Source of the DNA: Candidatus Yanofskybacteria bacterium
GTDB lineage: Bacteria; Patescibacteriota; Minisyncoccia; 2-02-FULL-40-12; IGHO2-01-FULL-4-A
Reading direction: 5' to 3'
Assembly: GCA_016185545.1 (NCBI GenBank)
Contig: JACPNJ010000005.1
Span: forward strand, 79,013 to 143,012
Length of the DNA: 64,000 bases
Positions 19,102 through 30,343 of the stretch are shown here, piece by piece; the stretch's first letter is position 1; every line of letters begins with the position of its first letter. Under the pieces are notes generated by a model that saw only the letters and a list, made by a program, of their open reading frames with translations, was not told the DNA's origin and ran no database searches. The position numbers and the translations under genes are program-made.

Positions 19102-19761
19102 TTACTTAGTCCCGTCTAGTTTGAATGGTGCAGGAGTTTCGCGTTTGGATTGGAGAGTTTGGAAAAGTTTTTCGCGTTTGATTTGCGCTAAAGTTTTGGC
19201 TTCGTTTTTAAGAGTTGAGAGTATGGCAGTGGAAACATACCCTAATGCCGCCAAGAGAATAAAAACAATTTGAAAACCGAATTTATCGGCCAAAATAGAC
19301 CCCAGATACGCGCTTGCACCAACAGAAATACCAATTGCAATATCCTCAAGCGACCACTCAAAACCAGTCTTGCCATGGTCAAGATGATCGGTGAACAATA
19401 TGCGCCAACCGGGCACGGCCATTGAGTTAACCAATCCCAAAACTGCTTGAATGAGATAGATATGCCACGGCAAACTCACAAAAAGATAAAACAAGGGCAG
19501 CGAGGACATAATAAACGTACCCGCAATGACAAAATAAAATTCGTCACGTTCGCCATCGGTGCGGTCCATGAAACGCGACAACGGCACGGTAGTCGCGGTG
19601 CGGACAATCCAGTAACAAGCCGTTGCCAGTCCAATTACCCTCAATGACCCGCCTTCAATATTTTTTAATATAAAAACGGCAAAAATCGGCGCTAAGAGGC
19701 CGAAAGCAAAATTAATAAAGAAATCCGAGATTACAAGATGACGGATTACGCGATTGACCAA
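19102..19761 (-). CDS. Half-size MFS-like membrane protein
   Basis: About 6 TM helices with a motif-A-like SRFMDRTDG. Confidence 0.75.
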   Translation of the reverse strand: MVNRVIRHLVISDFFINFAFGLLAPIFAVFILKNIEGGSLRVIGLATACYWIVRTATTVPLSRFMDRTDGERDEFYFVIAGTFIMSSLPLFYLFVSLPWHIYLIQAVLGLVNSMAVPGWRILFTDHLDHGKTGFEWSLEDIAIGISVGASAYLGSILADKFGFQIVFILLAALGYVSTAILSTLKNEAKTLAQIKREKLFQTLQSKRETPAPFKLDGTK

Positions 19762-19763
19762 AA

Positions 19764-19848
19764 CTAGTTGCTAGTTGCTAGTTGCTAGTTGCTAGTTAAA
19801 GAACAATCAAACAAAACTAAAAACTAGAAACTAAAAACTAGAAACTAC
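19764..19848. repeat. Opposed heptamer arrays (CTAGTTG)x~5 and (AAACTAR)x~5
   Basis: Fills the whole intergenic gap. Confidence 0.9.
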
Positions 19849-21119
19849 TTAATCTGCGGCAACCCAAACCCTGATGCATTATCATCCCCAAGGGGTGATA
19901 GATCAGTTGCTAATAAGTGCAAAAAGTCACGGGTAGTCGTCATCGGGTCGGTAACTGCTGATTGCCAGTATTTAGCCGCTAATCCGGCTACAAAAGGCGA
20001 AGCCATAGAAGTCCCTGAAAGTATCACGTAACTGCCGTTATTCCATGTTGATTCAATATATTCGCCCGGTACGGCAAATTCAATATCGCGATCCTCAACA
20101 ATCCAAGAGGTGGAATCTGAGTTGGTGCCTCGTGAACTCCAGTTAGTTACGGTTATAGATTGGTCAATGGCGCCCACCGCTACAACCGAAGCATAAGCGG
20201 CTGGATAATCCACACTGTTGGGAAATGGCCCGTCATTGCCCGCGGCCGCCACAAGCAGAACTCCCTTAAACGAGGCGTAGTTGACGGCATCGCGTATTAG
20301 CGATGATTCTTGATCTGAACCGAAACTCATATTTACCACATTAGCTCCCTGGTCAGCCGCCAAACGCAGGGCTACGGCAATATCATCAGCGTAACAAGAA
20401 CCATTGGTTCCGCAAACTTTATAAGCAAAAATATTAGCTTGAGGCGCAACTCCGTAAATACCCCTGCCATCAGCACCGGCATTAGCCGCTATAATCCCGG
20501 CAACATGAGTACCGTGGCCATTTCTATCATCGCATTTACCGTCAATAATCGGAAAGCGTGAATTTGTAAAATCCTTGCATTGAACAATGCGCTCGGCTAA
20601 ATCCGGGTGTGAAACATTAACTCCCGTATCCAAGACGGCCACATTTGCATCCGCACCACCGAAAGTAGAGGTAATCAAGGAATCGTTGTATATTTTTTCG
20701 ATTCCCCATGGCGTCTGGTCAGACGGTAAATATCTGACAGTACCGCCCTTGCCTTTTGTTGCTTTTGGTACAAAAATTTTGGTTGGTGCCGGAGTTTGAA
20801 TATCTGAAACTTCGGGCGTTGGTTTAACTGATGAATCTTGGTTCGGTTGTTCGATAGCCAATGGGTCTTCAGGTAAAATTTGCAGTACGGCAACAGGTTC
20901 AATTTCTACTCCAAAAATTTTGGCCAACCGCAATTGAAAATCAGAAGCATCGGTAGTGAAACCGTTATCAAAATTATGCCTTACCCCAAGAGCATTTTTC
21001 CAAAAACCCTTGGTTGACTTAACAAAATACCTGCCATTGTCGGCAGCATGAGCGGTAGGCAAAAATACCAAAAAAAACGTTAAAAGCAAGCAAAAAACCA
21101 GTTTTTTAGTAATATTCAT
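19845..21119 (-). CDS. Secreted subtilisin-like S8 serine protease
   Basis: Signal peptide; LDTG, HGTHVAG, AAAGN, GTSMASP. Confidence 0.95.
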   Translation of the reverse strand: MNITKKLVFCLLLTFFLVFLPTAHAADNGRYFVKSTKGFWKNALGVRHNFDNGFTTDASDFQLRLAKIFGVEIEPVAVLQILPEDPLAIEQPNQDSSVKPTPEVSDIQTPAPTKIFVPKATKGKGGTVRYLPSDQTPWGIEKIYNDSLITSTFGGADANVAVLDTGVNVSHPDLAERIVQCKDFTNSRFPIIDGKCDDRNGHGTHVAGIIAANAGADGRGIYGVAPQANIFAYKVCGTNGSCYADDIAVALRLAADQGANVVNMSFGSDQESSLIRDAVNYASFKGVLLVAAAGNDGPFPNSVDYPAAYASVVAVGAIDQSITVTNWSSRGTNSDSTSWIVEDRDIEFAVPGEYIESTWNNGSYVILSGTSMASPFVAGLAAKYWQSAVTDPMTTTRDFLHLLATDLSPLGDDNASGFGLPQIK

Positions 21120-21232
21120 GTATTACTCATAAATTGTATCACAAAAACAGACTCGCGCCAAATTCTTATCAACACCCGCTTAAACTTTTGCACAAGCGCC
21201 TATGGCGCAATCCGCGAAGCGAGTGCAAAAAC

Positions 21233-22645
21233 TTAGGCGAGCAATACCTTTCTCGTGCTAATTTTGTGGCTGTTTATGCTTATCAGCGCCAACGCCATCC
21301 AAAAAATTAAACTCCCCTGCTGAGAGGTCCAGAGAAAATGGTCAAAAATGCCAACAAGCAAAAATAAAAAACTAAAAATGAAAAATAAGAAACTGAAAAG
21401 TTTCTTAAAATCGGCGCAACGAATAAAATGCCAAAAGCTAAAAAATAAAAACAACAGGAAGACACTAAAACCAATAAATCCGGTTTCGCTCGCAATCAGT
21501 AAGTAAATATTGTGGACCGGTTGGTAGGCGGTTGCCGGCAAATGTTTATATTTAAACATGAAATCAGGCACGAATTGGCCGATACCAATGCCCAGTAATG
21601 GATGGGAAACAGCCACGGATTCGGCAATTTTATTGTAAAAAACTCTCTCGGAAAAGGCTGGATCTTGTCCCGAAATATGAATACGAGAATTAACTTGCGG
21701 CCAATAAATGAGAGAAAATACAGTCGCAGCAATAACCGATACTACAAAAATTTTAAAAATTTTTTGTTTAAGAATTAAATCCCGACGAAACTCTTTTTTA
21801 AAAAAAACGGCTAAAAATCCGGCTAATGTGCCCAAAACCCAAAGCCCGACAACCACTCGCGAAAAAGTAGAAAAGAGAGCAAAAAGCAAAATAATATAAA
21901 CAAACAGCAATAAACCATCCTTAGTTCTTTGGACTTCGGGCGGGTTCTTTTTTGTATCTCGATGTAAAAAGTAAAAACAAAGTGCAAAGATAGTTGTAAA
22001 AAGCCAAGCGGCAAGTATGTTGGGATGCGGGGTAGTCCCATAGGCGCGTAGGTATTTTTCGCCGCCGGCAAAAAATATTGCAACTCCGGTAGTATTCACC
22101 GATAGCGGACTCTCGCCAAGCAATCGCAGACTAATACTCCCCTGCTTGAGATATTGGACGATACCGATGACGGCCTGAAAAAGACCGGAAGCGATAATAA
22201 TTACCAAAACGGTGCGAAATTGAAAAACTTTGCCAAAATTAGATTTAAGGTAAAAATAAAACCCGATAAATTCCGCCAATTTGAGCAATTGGTAAAAAGA
22301 TAAGCCGACAATTCGTGAGTTAAAAATTGAAATCGCCGAAATTACGAAAAAAATTACCAGCCAGAATGTAGAAAATTTTAAAATTTGAAATTTGGGCTTT
22401 AAAAATTCATTTGAAATTTGAAATTTGAAATTTGAAATTTTCCAACTGCCCGCCATGATTCTTATTATCCAAAAAACAAATAATGTCACCAAAAGAATAT
22501 CTGTGCCATAAAGGTATGTGTTAGTCCACTGATTAAACGGCCGGGTCCACTCATATAAAATCACCCGTGCCTGCACCGGCACCGCAAAGATCAGTAGATA
22601 AAAAACGGCGGATTCAAGTTTCTTAAATAGGTATTGACTTTGCAT
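21233..22645 (-). CDS. O-antigen ligase family membrane protein
   Basis: RAYGTTPHPN, TFSR, GIGIG, PVHNIYL..ASETG. Confidence 0.88.
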   Translation of the reverse strand: MQSQYLFKKLESAVFYLLIFAVPVQARVILYEWTRPFNQWTNTYLYGTDILLVTLFVFWIIRIMAGSWKISNFKFQISNEFLKPKFQILKFSTFWLVIFFVISAISIFNSRIVGLSFYQLLKLAEFIGFYFYLKSNFGKVFQFRTVLVIIIASGLFQAVIGIVQYLKQGSISLRLLGESPLSVNTTGVAIFFAGGEKYLRAYGTTPHPNILAAWLFTTIFALCFYFLHRDTKKNPPEVQRTKDGLLLFVYIILLFALFSTFSRVVVGLWVLGTLAGFLAVFFKKEFRRDLILKQKIFKIFVVSVIAATVFSLIYWPQVNSRIHISGQDPAFSERVFYNKIAESVAVSHPLLGIGIGQFVPDFMFKYKHLPATAYQPVHNIYLLIASETGFIGFSVFLLFLFFSFWHFIRCADFKKLFSFLFFIFSFLFLLVGIFDHFLWTSQQGSLIFWMALALISINSHKISTRKVLLA

Positions 22646-22654
22646 GACGGGGTA

Positions 22655-23800
22655 TTATCTTATCAAAACTGTATAAACCGCTCCGGCGGCGAATAATAAC
22701 ATCATTAGATAAAGCACGGGTGTGGGAACACGAATGGAATATTCGGGGACGCGATCCCCGTTTTTTCTTGCTTTAGCGTACAAAAATATCAGAATAATCA
22801 TTTCAATGCTGACCGCCACTCCCCCGACCAATCCGATTATATCAATAAAATTCCTGATGCCGGAAATAAAAAGGACATACGGCGGTATCATCGTCAAAAG
22901 CCATGCCCAGCGACGGCTAAAATAAAAATCCTCCTGAAAGGATTCTTTCAGGGCCGTACCCAAGTTAATAAAAATGGAGAAAGAGGTCAGAAAACCGAAC
23001 AACGAGCCGATAAAAATAATTTTAGTCCCCAAAAAACCCGAGAGCCCAGAAATGGCATCTGGCGACGTGGCATCACCCGATATCCCGACCACTACAAAAG
23101 TAAAAACAAGGTAGAGAAGCGCCGGCATGACAGTCCCGAATATTAACGCTTTTCTGAATTTATCTTCGGAACCGGTTAAAACTTCTCTGACCAGCGGAAC
23201 GCCAGTTTTTGAACTCATGGCAAACATAACGATACCGAAGGGCAAAAACCAGAAATTTTTTACAGCCAAAGTATAGTTGTTTAAATTAACACTTCTGACA
23301 CCAAGTAGTCCAATAAACAAAATTATGGACGTAAAAAGAAACATCATTAAAAAATCCGTTTTGGAAATGGTTCTCAAACCGCGGAAAATAAAAACAGAGA
23401 CAATCAAAATAAATATCGTACTCCAAGAAGCCGGCGATAAACGCAAGGAAAAAGAAAAAACATTCGCCAAAAATCCGCCGCTTATTATGATTATGCCGAT
23501 TAGCGCGCCGTAAGCGCCGACCATAAAAGTAAATAAATTGATTTTTCTGGCCCAGACGCCAAGATATTTGTTTGTATAACCGACTAGCTGGTGCCGTTCA
23601 TGGGTACGCAATATCACTTCCCCATACAGAAAATTACTCAATAGAAAAAGACTGCCGATGCCGATTAAAAATAAAAAGCCGATCCCGAAACCGGCTTTTT
23701 GAAAAGCAAAAGGGATTCCATAGATCCCCACTCCGATAGTTGACCCTACGAGGGTCGCCACCGCATACCAAAATTTATTTGGTTTCGTTATTTTCAGCAT
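22655..23800 (-). CDS. Aromatic amino acid permease family transporter
   Basis: GSTIGVGIYGIP, about 11 TM helices; start uncertain. Confidence 0.85.
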   Translation of the reverse strand: MLKITKPNKFWYAVATLVGSTIGVGIYGIPFAFQKAGFGIGFLFLIGIGSLFLLSNFLYGEVILRTHERHQLVGYTNKYLGVWARKINLFTFMVGAYGALIGIIIISGGFLANVFSFSLRLSPASWSTIFILIVSVFIFRGLRTISKTDFLMMFLFTSIILFIGLLGVRSVNLNNYTLAVKNFWFLPFGIVMFAMSSKTGVPLVREVLTGSEDKFRKALIFGTVMPALLYLVFTFVVVGISGDATSPDAISGLSGFLGTKIIFIGSLFGFLTSFSIFINLGTALKESFQEDFYFSRRWAWLLTMIPPYVLFISGIRNFIDIIGLVGGVAVSIEMIILIFLYAKARKNGDRVPEYSIRVPTPVLYLMMLLFAAGAVYTVLIR

Positions 23801-24281
23801 CCCCATTTGATTCAAGTTCCATTCCGCCAATATGCTGATACGGCATTTTAGGGAGTAATCTTTTTTCTATCTGCCACAGCATGGTTAATACCAAATAACC
23901 AATTGCCGCACCCGCGACTGCTCCGAAAATAAAACCGATCCCGGCGGCAATGCCCACCGCCGCCACCAGCCACAGTGTTGCCGCCGTGGTCGTACCCATA
24001 ATCCGCGACCCTTGGCGTAAAATCGCTCCGCCGCCGATAAAACCGATACCGACAATAATATTGGCTATAATATGATAATCAAAACCGGCTACACCATTGA
24101 CCGATGGATATTGTTCAAAAAGATAAATTGAAATCAGAGACAAAAGCGCCGCCCCCATAGCCACCAGCGAATGCGTCCTTAAACCGGCAACTTTATGCGC
24201 CCGCTCACGTTCAAACCCAATCGCCCCGCCCAGCCCCGCGGCCAGTAGAAGCCGTAAAATTAAATCGGCATTGGTAATCAT
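23775..24281 (-). CDS. MgtC/SapB family protein
   Basis: IGFERE, AGLRTH, GIGFIGGG, TTAATLW. Confidence 0.93.
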   Translation of the reverse strand: MITNADLILRLLLAAGLGGAIGFERERAHKVAGLRTHSLVAMGAALLSLISIYLFEQYPSVNGVAGFDYHIIANIIVGIGFIGGGAILRQGSRIMGTTTAATLWLVAAVGIAAGIGFIFGAVAGAAIGYLVLTMLWQIEKRLLPKMPYQHIGGMELESNGDAENNETK

Positions 24282-24479
24282 TACTTTTATTCTAAACAAA
24301 AAGCCAAAACCACGCAACAAGACTATACACAAACTTCGCCTTCAAAAGAATATTTTTTCAATATGCTACCCGGGGTGTATTCACAACATTCTCACATTCT
24401 CAAGAATATGAGAATGCCATCGGTGATTGTGCATATTTGAAAAACAAAAACCCGGTTCGCGCCGGGTATCAATGAGAAA

Positions 24480-24944
24480 TTATTTAAAAACCACTTTGGC
24501 TCTCTGGGGCATAAGTGTTTTTTTTATTTTAATTCTAGGGTCGCTCTCTGTTACTCCAGTTGGGGTTTTGCCCGATGGCTTAACCCCCTTTGTCCTAGCA
24601 AAAAAGATTACTATTTCATTTCCCCCCTCAAGCAAAAACCTACTTTCCATAAAAGACCACGAACCATATATGTTAATCAAATAATGCTCTGCTGGTTGCT
24701 TGAAATTTAAGTAACTCGTCCCTTTTTCTATTCCTTCGATGATCTCCCACCCGCTGTCAGTATAGAAAAAATGCTGATGAATATATCCTTGTCCTAAATG
24801 ACCAATAATTAAATGCTCAACAACCAATAATTCTTTGTATGGCTTTGAAGGCCGAGGCGGATTAACGATTTCTGGATCTTTGGCAAAACCAAGATTGATA
24901 AACAAAAACATTGCAACAAACAACAACAAACTTGCTCTTTTCAT
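24480..24944 (-). CDS. Hypothetical exported protein
   Basis: Signal peptide, AAGGGAG SD, own TTGACT promoter. Confidence 0.7.
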   Translation of the reverse strand: MKRASLLLFVAMFLFINLGFAKDPEIVNPPRPSKPYKELLVVEHLIIGHLGQGYIHQHFFYTDSGWEIIEGIEKGTSYLNFKQPAEHYLINIYGSWSFMESRFLLEGGNEIVIFFARTKGVKPSGKTPTGVTESDPRIKIKKTLMPQRAKVVFK

Positions 24945-25031
24945 GGTTTTCTCCCTTAATTTTCAAATAACTCTACTGTCACCATTATAATAAATGGGGA
25001 CGCTCACTAAGTCAATAGGTGATGATTGTGG

Positions 25032-27371
25032 TTACCGGAGGGCGATTTTGAGGAGTTCATCCACATTTTTGACGAATTTAAATTTGAGGTCGCGGCGGAT
25101 TTCGCGCGGGATGTCTTCAACCACATCTTTTTTATTGTCAGCCGGCAATATCACCGTTTTAAGCCCCGCTCTGTGTGCCGCCAATACTTTTTCTTTTACC
25201 CCGCCAATCTCAAGCACCTTACCTCGTAAAGTTATCTCGCCGGTCATACCCACGTCTTTACGGGCTGGCTTCTGTGTGAAAAGGGAAATAATTGCCGTAG
25301 CCATGGCCGTGCCGGCTGACGGTCCATCTTTGGGAATGGCGCCAGACGGAACATGCAGGTGGATGTCCTCTTTGTAAAAATCGTTTTTGATTCCCAGCTT
25401 CGCCGCCTGCGAACGCGCGTAGCTTAACGCGGCATAGGCTGATTCTTTCATCACCTCACCCAAATGCCCGGTTAGCAATAATTTACCGCGCCCCGGCATT
25501 TTGGTCGCTTCGATCGACAGTACTTCCCCGCCCACCGGCGTCCACGCCAAACCAGTCGCCACACCGATTTCGTCTTTGGTCTCTGCCTGCTGATGAGTAT
25601 ATTTAATAGGTCCGAGATATGAATGAAGAGAGCCTGAGGTCACGCTAACTTTGCCCTTGGCTTTTTTCTCCACGATCTTGCGGGTAATTTTACGAATAAT
25701 CGTAGCTACTTGCCGTTCAAGATCGCGTACACCTGCTTCACGCGTATGTTTGCGGATTATATCCGCCAGGACTTGATCATTGAATATCAGCATCCCGTCT
25801 TTAATTCCGTGCTCGCTGAATAGTTTGGGCATCAGGTATTTTTTGGTTATATGAAGTTTTTCTTCCTCGGTGTAACCTGGAAATTCAATTATTTCCAAAC
25901 GATCGCGCAGAGCAGGCGGAATAGTATCCAGCACATTGGCGGTGGTTATAAATAACACATCAGACAAATCAAATGGTACTTCCAGATAGTGATCTGAAAA
26001 GGCAAAATTCTGCTCCGGATCAAGCGCTTCAAGCAAGGCCGCCGAAGGATCGCCGCGAAAATCAATGCCCACCTTGTCTATTTCGTCCAGCATGAAAACA
26101 GGATTGCGCGTACCGGCACTGTGGATTCCTTGAATAACTCGGCCAGGCAGGGCGCCGACATAAGTCCGCCTGTGGCCACGGATTTCAGCTTCATCTCGCA
26201 AACCACCAAGCGACATGCGTACAAACTTGCGTCCCAGCTCGCGGGCGATTGATCTGCCAATTGATGTCTTGCCCACGCCGGGCGGTCCGACAAAACAAAG
26301 TATCGGACCCTTGATTTTACCGACTTGTTTTTGGACGGCCAGATATTCAATTATTCTTTCCTTGGCTTTTTTGAGGCCGTAGTGGTCATCGTTGAGTATT
26401 TTTTCTGCATTTTTCAGTTCTAATTTACCGCCGTTGCCGGGTGATTTTTTAGACCACGGCAATTCCACCAGCCAGTCAAGATAAGTGCGCAAATATGAAA
26501 TTTCAGGGCTGAACGACGGCATCCTTTCCAGCCGGTCAAGTTCCTTAAGAGCTTTGGTTTCAGTCTCCTTGGTCATTCCTGCCTCTTTTATTTTGGCGCG
26601 AATGGTTTCAATTTCGCCCTTTTCGCTATCAATTCCCAGCTCCTTTTCAATGCTTTTCATCTGTTCGCGTAAAAACACCTCTTTTTGCATTTTGCCAAGT
26701 TGTTTTTTGGTTTCCTTAAAAACTTTTTTTTCGGCGTCAATTATTTCAATTTCGCGTGAAATATAAAAATTGATCTTCTTCAGCGCTTCCACCGAATCGG
26801 TGGTTTCTAAAATATCCTGCTGGTCTTTGAGTTCCAGATTAAGATTGATGGCTATTAAATCCACAACCTGCTCGGGATCCCTGACCTGGTTGAGCGCTTC
26901 CACCAAGTCATGTATAACAGCCGGCATCTGGCGCACTTCCAGAAGTTTTTTAAACTGGTCAACCGTCGCGCGCGTCAGGGCCTCGGCTTCAACGTTTCGC
27001 GGCACAGTCATTTTAACCGGCTCAATTTTAACTTTGAAAAACGGGTCAATTTGGGAAAAATCCTTTATTCTTACTCGGGCAATGCCCTCAACGTTAATTT
27101 TGGAAGAACCATCGGGAAGTTTATGCACTTCAAAAACACGGCCGACCGTGCCAATACGGAAGAGATCTTTTTGATCCACATCGTCGTAAATATTTTTTTG
27201 CGCCACAAAAACCACCAATCTGTCCTGCGACATAGCCAAATCCAAACTGCCGGCCGATTTTGGCCTCTGCACCAAAAGCGGAATTGCCACCCGCGGAAAA
27301 AGCACTACGTTTTTCAACGGTATCAACGGCAATTCATCTTCTATTGTGATACTATTGGAAACGAAAGACAT
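25032..27371 (-). CDS. lon: ATP-dependent protease Lon
   Basis: GPPGVGKTS, GHRRTYVGA, PKDGPSAG, GGVKEK. Confidence 0.98.
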   Translation of the reverse strand: MSFVSNSITIEDELPLIPLKNVVLFPRVAIPLLVQRPKSAGSLDLAMSQDRLVVFVAQKNIYDDVDQKDLFRIGTVGRVFEVHKLPDGSSKINVEGIARVRIKDFSQIDPFFKVKIEPVKMTVPRNVEAEALTRATVDQFKKLLEVRQMPAVIHDLVEALNQVRDPEQVVDLIAINLNLELKDQQDILETTDSVEALKKINFYISREIEIIDAEKKVFKETKKQLGKMQKEVFLREQMKSIEKELGIDSEKGEIETIRAKIKEAGMTKETETKALKELDRLERMPSFSPEISYLRTYLDWLVELPWSKKSPGNGGKLELKNAEKILNDDHYGLKKAKERIIEYLAVQKQVGKIKGPILCFVGPPGVGKTSIGRSIARELGRKFVRMSLGGLRDEAEIRGHRRTYVGALPGRVIQGIHSAGTRNPVFMLDEIDKVGIDFRGDPSAALLEALDPEQNFAFSDHYLEVPFDLSDVLFITTANVLDTIPPALRDRLEIIEFPGYTEEEKLHITKKYLMPKLFSEHGIKDGMLIFNDQVLADIIRKHTREAGVRDLERQVATIIRKITRKIVEKKAKGKVSVTSGSLHSYLGPIKYTHQQAETKDEIGVATGLAWTPVGGEVLSIEATKMPGRGKLLLTGHLGEVMKESAYAALSYARSQAAKLGIKNDFYKEDIHLHVPSGAIPKDGPSAGTAMATAIISLFTQKPARKDVGMTGEITLRGKVLEIGGVKEKVLAAHRAGLKTVILPADNKKDVVEDIPREIRRDLKFKFVKNVDELLKIALR

Positions 27372-27473
27372 GTGGAATAGTAAGTAGAAAGTATAAACTA
27401 TTAAAAGTTAAAAGTAAAGAAAAAAAACCTAAAAAGGTTTGCCTAAAAGGAAGAAAATTATAGAGGCTGGCGT

Positions 27474-28073
27474 TTATTCCCTGCCTTGCGCGAACTCACT
27501 TTCTTCTTTTGATGCCGTCCTCTTCTCAACTCCCTTGTATTCCTTGCCTATAAGCTCAATCAATTTCTCAACCAGTCTTTTGGGGTCGGAGTCATAAATA
27601 ATTTTGCCCTTGCCACGATGACCGACATCTATAATATGCTTGATCTCATCGGCCGTTCCCCCACTACCCTCCAACACTCCGATTGGCTTATTGTCTTCAA
27701 AGGCAATCGTAAACTCATTAAGCGTCCCGATGCGCCCGCAACAGACTATTACGGCATCGGATGAACGGGTAAGCAAAAGGTTGCGGCCGGAATAATCAAA
27801 TCCTGTGTAAATTATAAAATCATAATACTCTGTAGGAAGCTTGTAGCTTTTGACATGCGCGGCGTAACTGGCCGCCGGCGAAATGCCGATTGAAATACCG
27901 CCAGCTTCTTTAGCGCCCTTAGCGGCAAAATTCGGGATGCCGCTGGTTGCGCCGGTAATTAAAATTCCGTTATGTTTAACAATTTCCTGGCCAAGCTCAT
28001 ATGCCTTTTTGTCGGCACCAACCGCGCAATGCCCAATTTCCGCCGCACCGGAGATAACAAATTTATATTTCAT
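27474..28073 (-). CDS. LOG/SLOG family nucleotide-binding protein
   Basis: TGATSG, GISP, RNLLL, GRIGTLNEF. Confidence 0.88.
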   Translation of the reverse strand: MKYKFVISGAAEIGHCAVGADKKAYELGQEIVKHNGILITGATSGIPNFAAKGAKEAGGISIGISPAASYAAHVKSYKLPTEYYDFIIYTGFDYSGRNLLLTRSSDAVIVCCGRIGTLNEFTIAFEDNKPIGVLEGSGGTADEIKHIIDVGHRGKGKIIYDSDPKRLVEKLIELIGKEYKGVEKRTASKEESEFAQGRE

Positions 28074-28312
28074 CCCGTACAAGACAGGAAATGATTTATT
28101 CATGTAAATCATTTCCGTGCCTATCAATAAGTTACTTTATTAATCCCATTTAGATAGCCACTGCAACCCTTCATCGTTATTAGCAAAGGCTGTCTCGTTC
28201 GGGATTCATCTCATAATCATAACAAATTTTTTAATTGCAAACAACAATATTTGATTTTTTGATTAAACTCATGTGTGTTATGCTTTTTAAAGAAAAAAGG
28301 TGAAGAAAGAGG

Positions 28313-28876
28313 ATGAGAATACGGAAGGACGCGATGAACTTTAAAAAAATATGGAATTTTTTGGATAAACCCTGGCCGCATAGAACTTTTTGGATAACAA
28401 TTTTTGTAATATTACCATCGCTTTATTTATTTTCCGGGATGTCATTGGTAAGCCGGCCTTCTTTTTTGCTCTACCAGAATTATCAGCTTGAATATCACGT
28501 CAAAAACATTATGAAACTTGAAAGCCTGCCCAGAGAACCATATCCTCGCGTTTATATTTTGCCGCGCGCAGTCAGGACTTTTTTCTTCTTGCCTTATTCT
28601 TTTACGCACAGACGCATCGGAAGAAACCGTTATTTCAATCAAGTATATCAGAGTTATCCTGTTATTGAAGATGACTCAATCGTAATGCAGGAGGAAGAAG
28701 CCGCAAATCTAGAAATTCTCGCGCACGAAATCGGACACTTTATTGATTATTACTCCGACCCCGAAGTTTTTTTCAAAAAAGATTTTGAAGCGGCAGAAAA
28801 TTTTTCTCTCCGTTTCCAATTTGCCGTAGCTAGAAAGTTGGAAAAATGCGAAGAGAAACCTAAAGTGCTCCATTGA
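28313..28876 (+). CDS. Membrane-anchored putative zincin (HExxH) protein
   Basis: N-terminal TM, ILAHEIGH; start could be 28334. Confidence 0.65.
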   Translation: MRIRKDAMNFKKIWNFLDKPWPHRTFWITIFVILPSLYLFSGMSLVSRPSFLLYQNYQLEYHVKNIMKLESLPREPYPRVYILPRAVRTFFFLPYSFTHRRIGRNRYFNQVYQSYPVIEDDSIVMQEEEAANLEILAHEIGHFIDYYSDPEVFFKKDFEAAENFSLRFQFAVARKLEKCEEKPKVLH

Positions 28877-28894
28877 GCGCTTTTTTAATAAAAA

Positions 28895-30316
28895 CTATAA
28901 TTCGAATGATTCGCCCTCAACTGGCGCTACGGCTTCAATGCCATATTTTTCGTGAATTAGATTAGCGAGGGTGCGGGCGGATTCGTCTTCGCCTTGAACG
29001 ACAAAGACTTTTTTTAGATTGCCCGCACCGCCGCCTTGAACTGTTGAACCGCCAACCCACTTGATGAGACTTAGCTGATCGGCATGGGCGGAATAAGCTG
29101 ACAGGTTTTCTATATGGCACTTGACTGGCACCGTTTGGCCCATGATTCTGACTTCTTTTTCGCCCCTTTGAATGCGCCGGCCCAAACTGCCGTCAACTTG
29201 GTAACCGACAAAAAGTATCGTGCTGTTTGTATCCGGTAAATAACGCATTTCGTGATGCAAAATCCTGCCACCTTGGCTCATGCCTGAACCGGCAATTATA
29301 ATCTTAGGCGCCGGCACGTTATTTATCGCTTTTGATTCTTCGACGGCGGTTGTGAGTTTTAAACCCGGGAAATTAAATACGTCGTCACCGGAACCGATCA
29401 AATACGCCGTCTCTTTATTAAAATATTCGCGGTGTTTTTGGTATACAGCGGTCATTTTATTGGCGAGGGGGCTGTCAACAAACACCGGTACCCGTGGAAT
29501 TTTATTTTCATTGAAAAGCCCGTTTAATTCATGCAGAAGCTCTTGCGTGCGCTCAACGGCAAATGAGGGTATCATCAGCACCCCGCTTCGCTTGATTGTG
29601 TCCTCAATTACCGAAATCAGCTTACTTCTTCTCTCCTTTCTGCCCTCATGCACTCGATCACCATAAGCCGATTCAATAACAATATAGTCGGCATTTTTAA
29701 TTTTTTCGGTCGGTCGCAGAAGCGGCGTCGGCGGATTGCCGAGGTCGCCAGAGAAGAAAATCTTTCTGGTACCAGAAAGATTTTCTTCTCTGGCTTGGTA
29801 ATTGGTAATTGGTAATTGGTAATTGGTTCGCCATTGTATTTCTACAATTGCCGAACCCAGTATATGACCTGCGTCATGGAAAATTGCAGTAATCCCCTCC
29901 AGTTCAATCGGTTCATCATAAAAAACCCCCTCCACAAGCGACATCAGCCCGTCCAGATCCTCCTGTATAAATAATGGCTCATGTCCCATCTCTTTAGCTT
30001 CATCCAAAATCTTATTCAAATTATCAGGAAGTGCGACGGCCATCAGGTCGCGGGTGGCAGTGGTCGTGTAAACTTTGCCGCGGAAACCGTCTTTGTAAAG
30101 TTTCGGCAAACGCCCGATGTGGTCAATATGGCTGTGGGTAATAAAAACATATTTAATCTCTGCGGGATTATATTTGAATTGACCATAATTCAATTCTTCG
30201 GCATATCTTGTGCCTTGATTCAAGCCGCAATCTACGAGTATTTTGGTATGGCCGTGTTCGAGTAGATAATTAGCTCCGGTAACGGTACGAGCACCACCAT
30301 AAAAAGTTATTTTCAT
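28895..30316 (-). CDS. MBL-fold beta-CASP ribonuclease
   Basis: THSHIDH, AGHILGS, SGDLG, FAVERTQE, SAHAD. Confidence 0.94.
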   Translation of the reverse strand: MKITFYGGARTVTGANYLLEHGHTKILVDCGLNQGTRYAEELNYGQFKYNPAEIKYVFITHSHIDHIGRLPKLYKDGFRGKVYTTTATRDLMAVALPDNLNKILDEAKEMGHEPLFIQEDLDGLMSLVEGVFYDEPIELEGITAIFHDAGHILGSAIVEIQWRTNYQLPITNYQAREENLSGTRKIFFSGDLGNPPTPLLRPTEKIKNADYIVIESAYGDRVHEGRKERRSKLISVIEDTIKRSGVLMIPSFAVERTQELLHELNGLFNENKIPRVPVFVDSPLANKMTAVYQKHREYFNKETAYLIGSGDDVFNFPGLKLTTAVEESKAINNVPAPKIIIAGSGMSQGGRILHHEMRYLPDTNSTILFVGYQVDGSLGRRIQRGEKEVRIMGQTVPVKCHIENLSAYSAHADQLSLIKWVGGSTVQGGGAGNLKKVFVVQGEDESARTLANLIHEKYGIEAVAPVEGESFEL

Positions 30317-30343
30317 TTTACAATGCTTGATAATGTTTTTGTA

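Noticed and set aside
28140-28213. Minus-strand fragment ETAFANNDEGLQWLSKWD* resembling an IS110 N-terminus or SpoIIAA-like C-terminus
   Set aside because: Too short to assign; at most a gene remnant.
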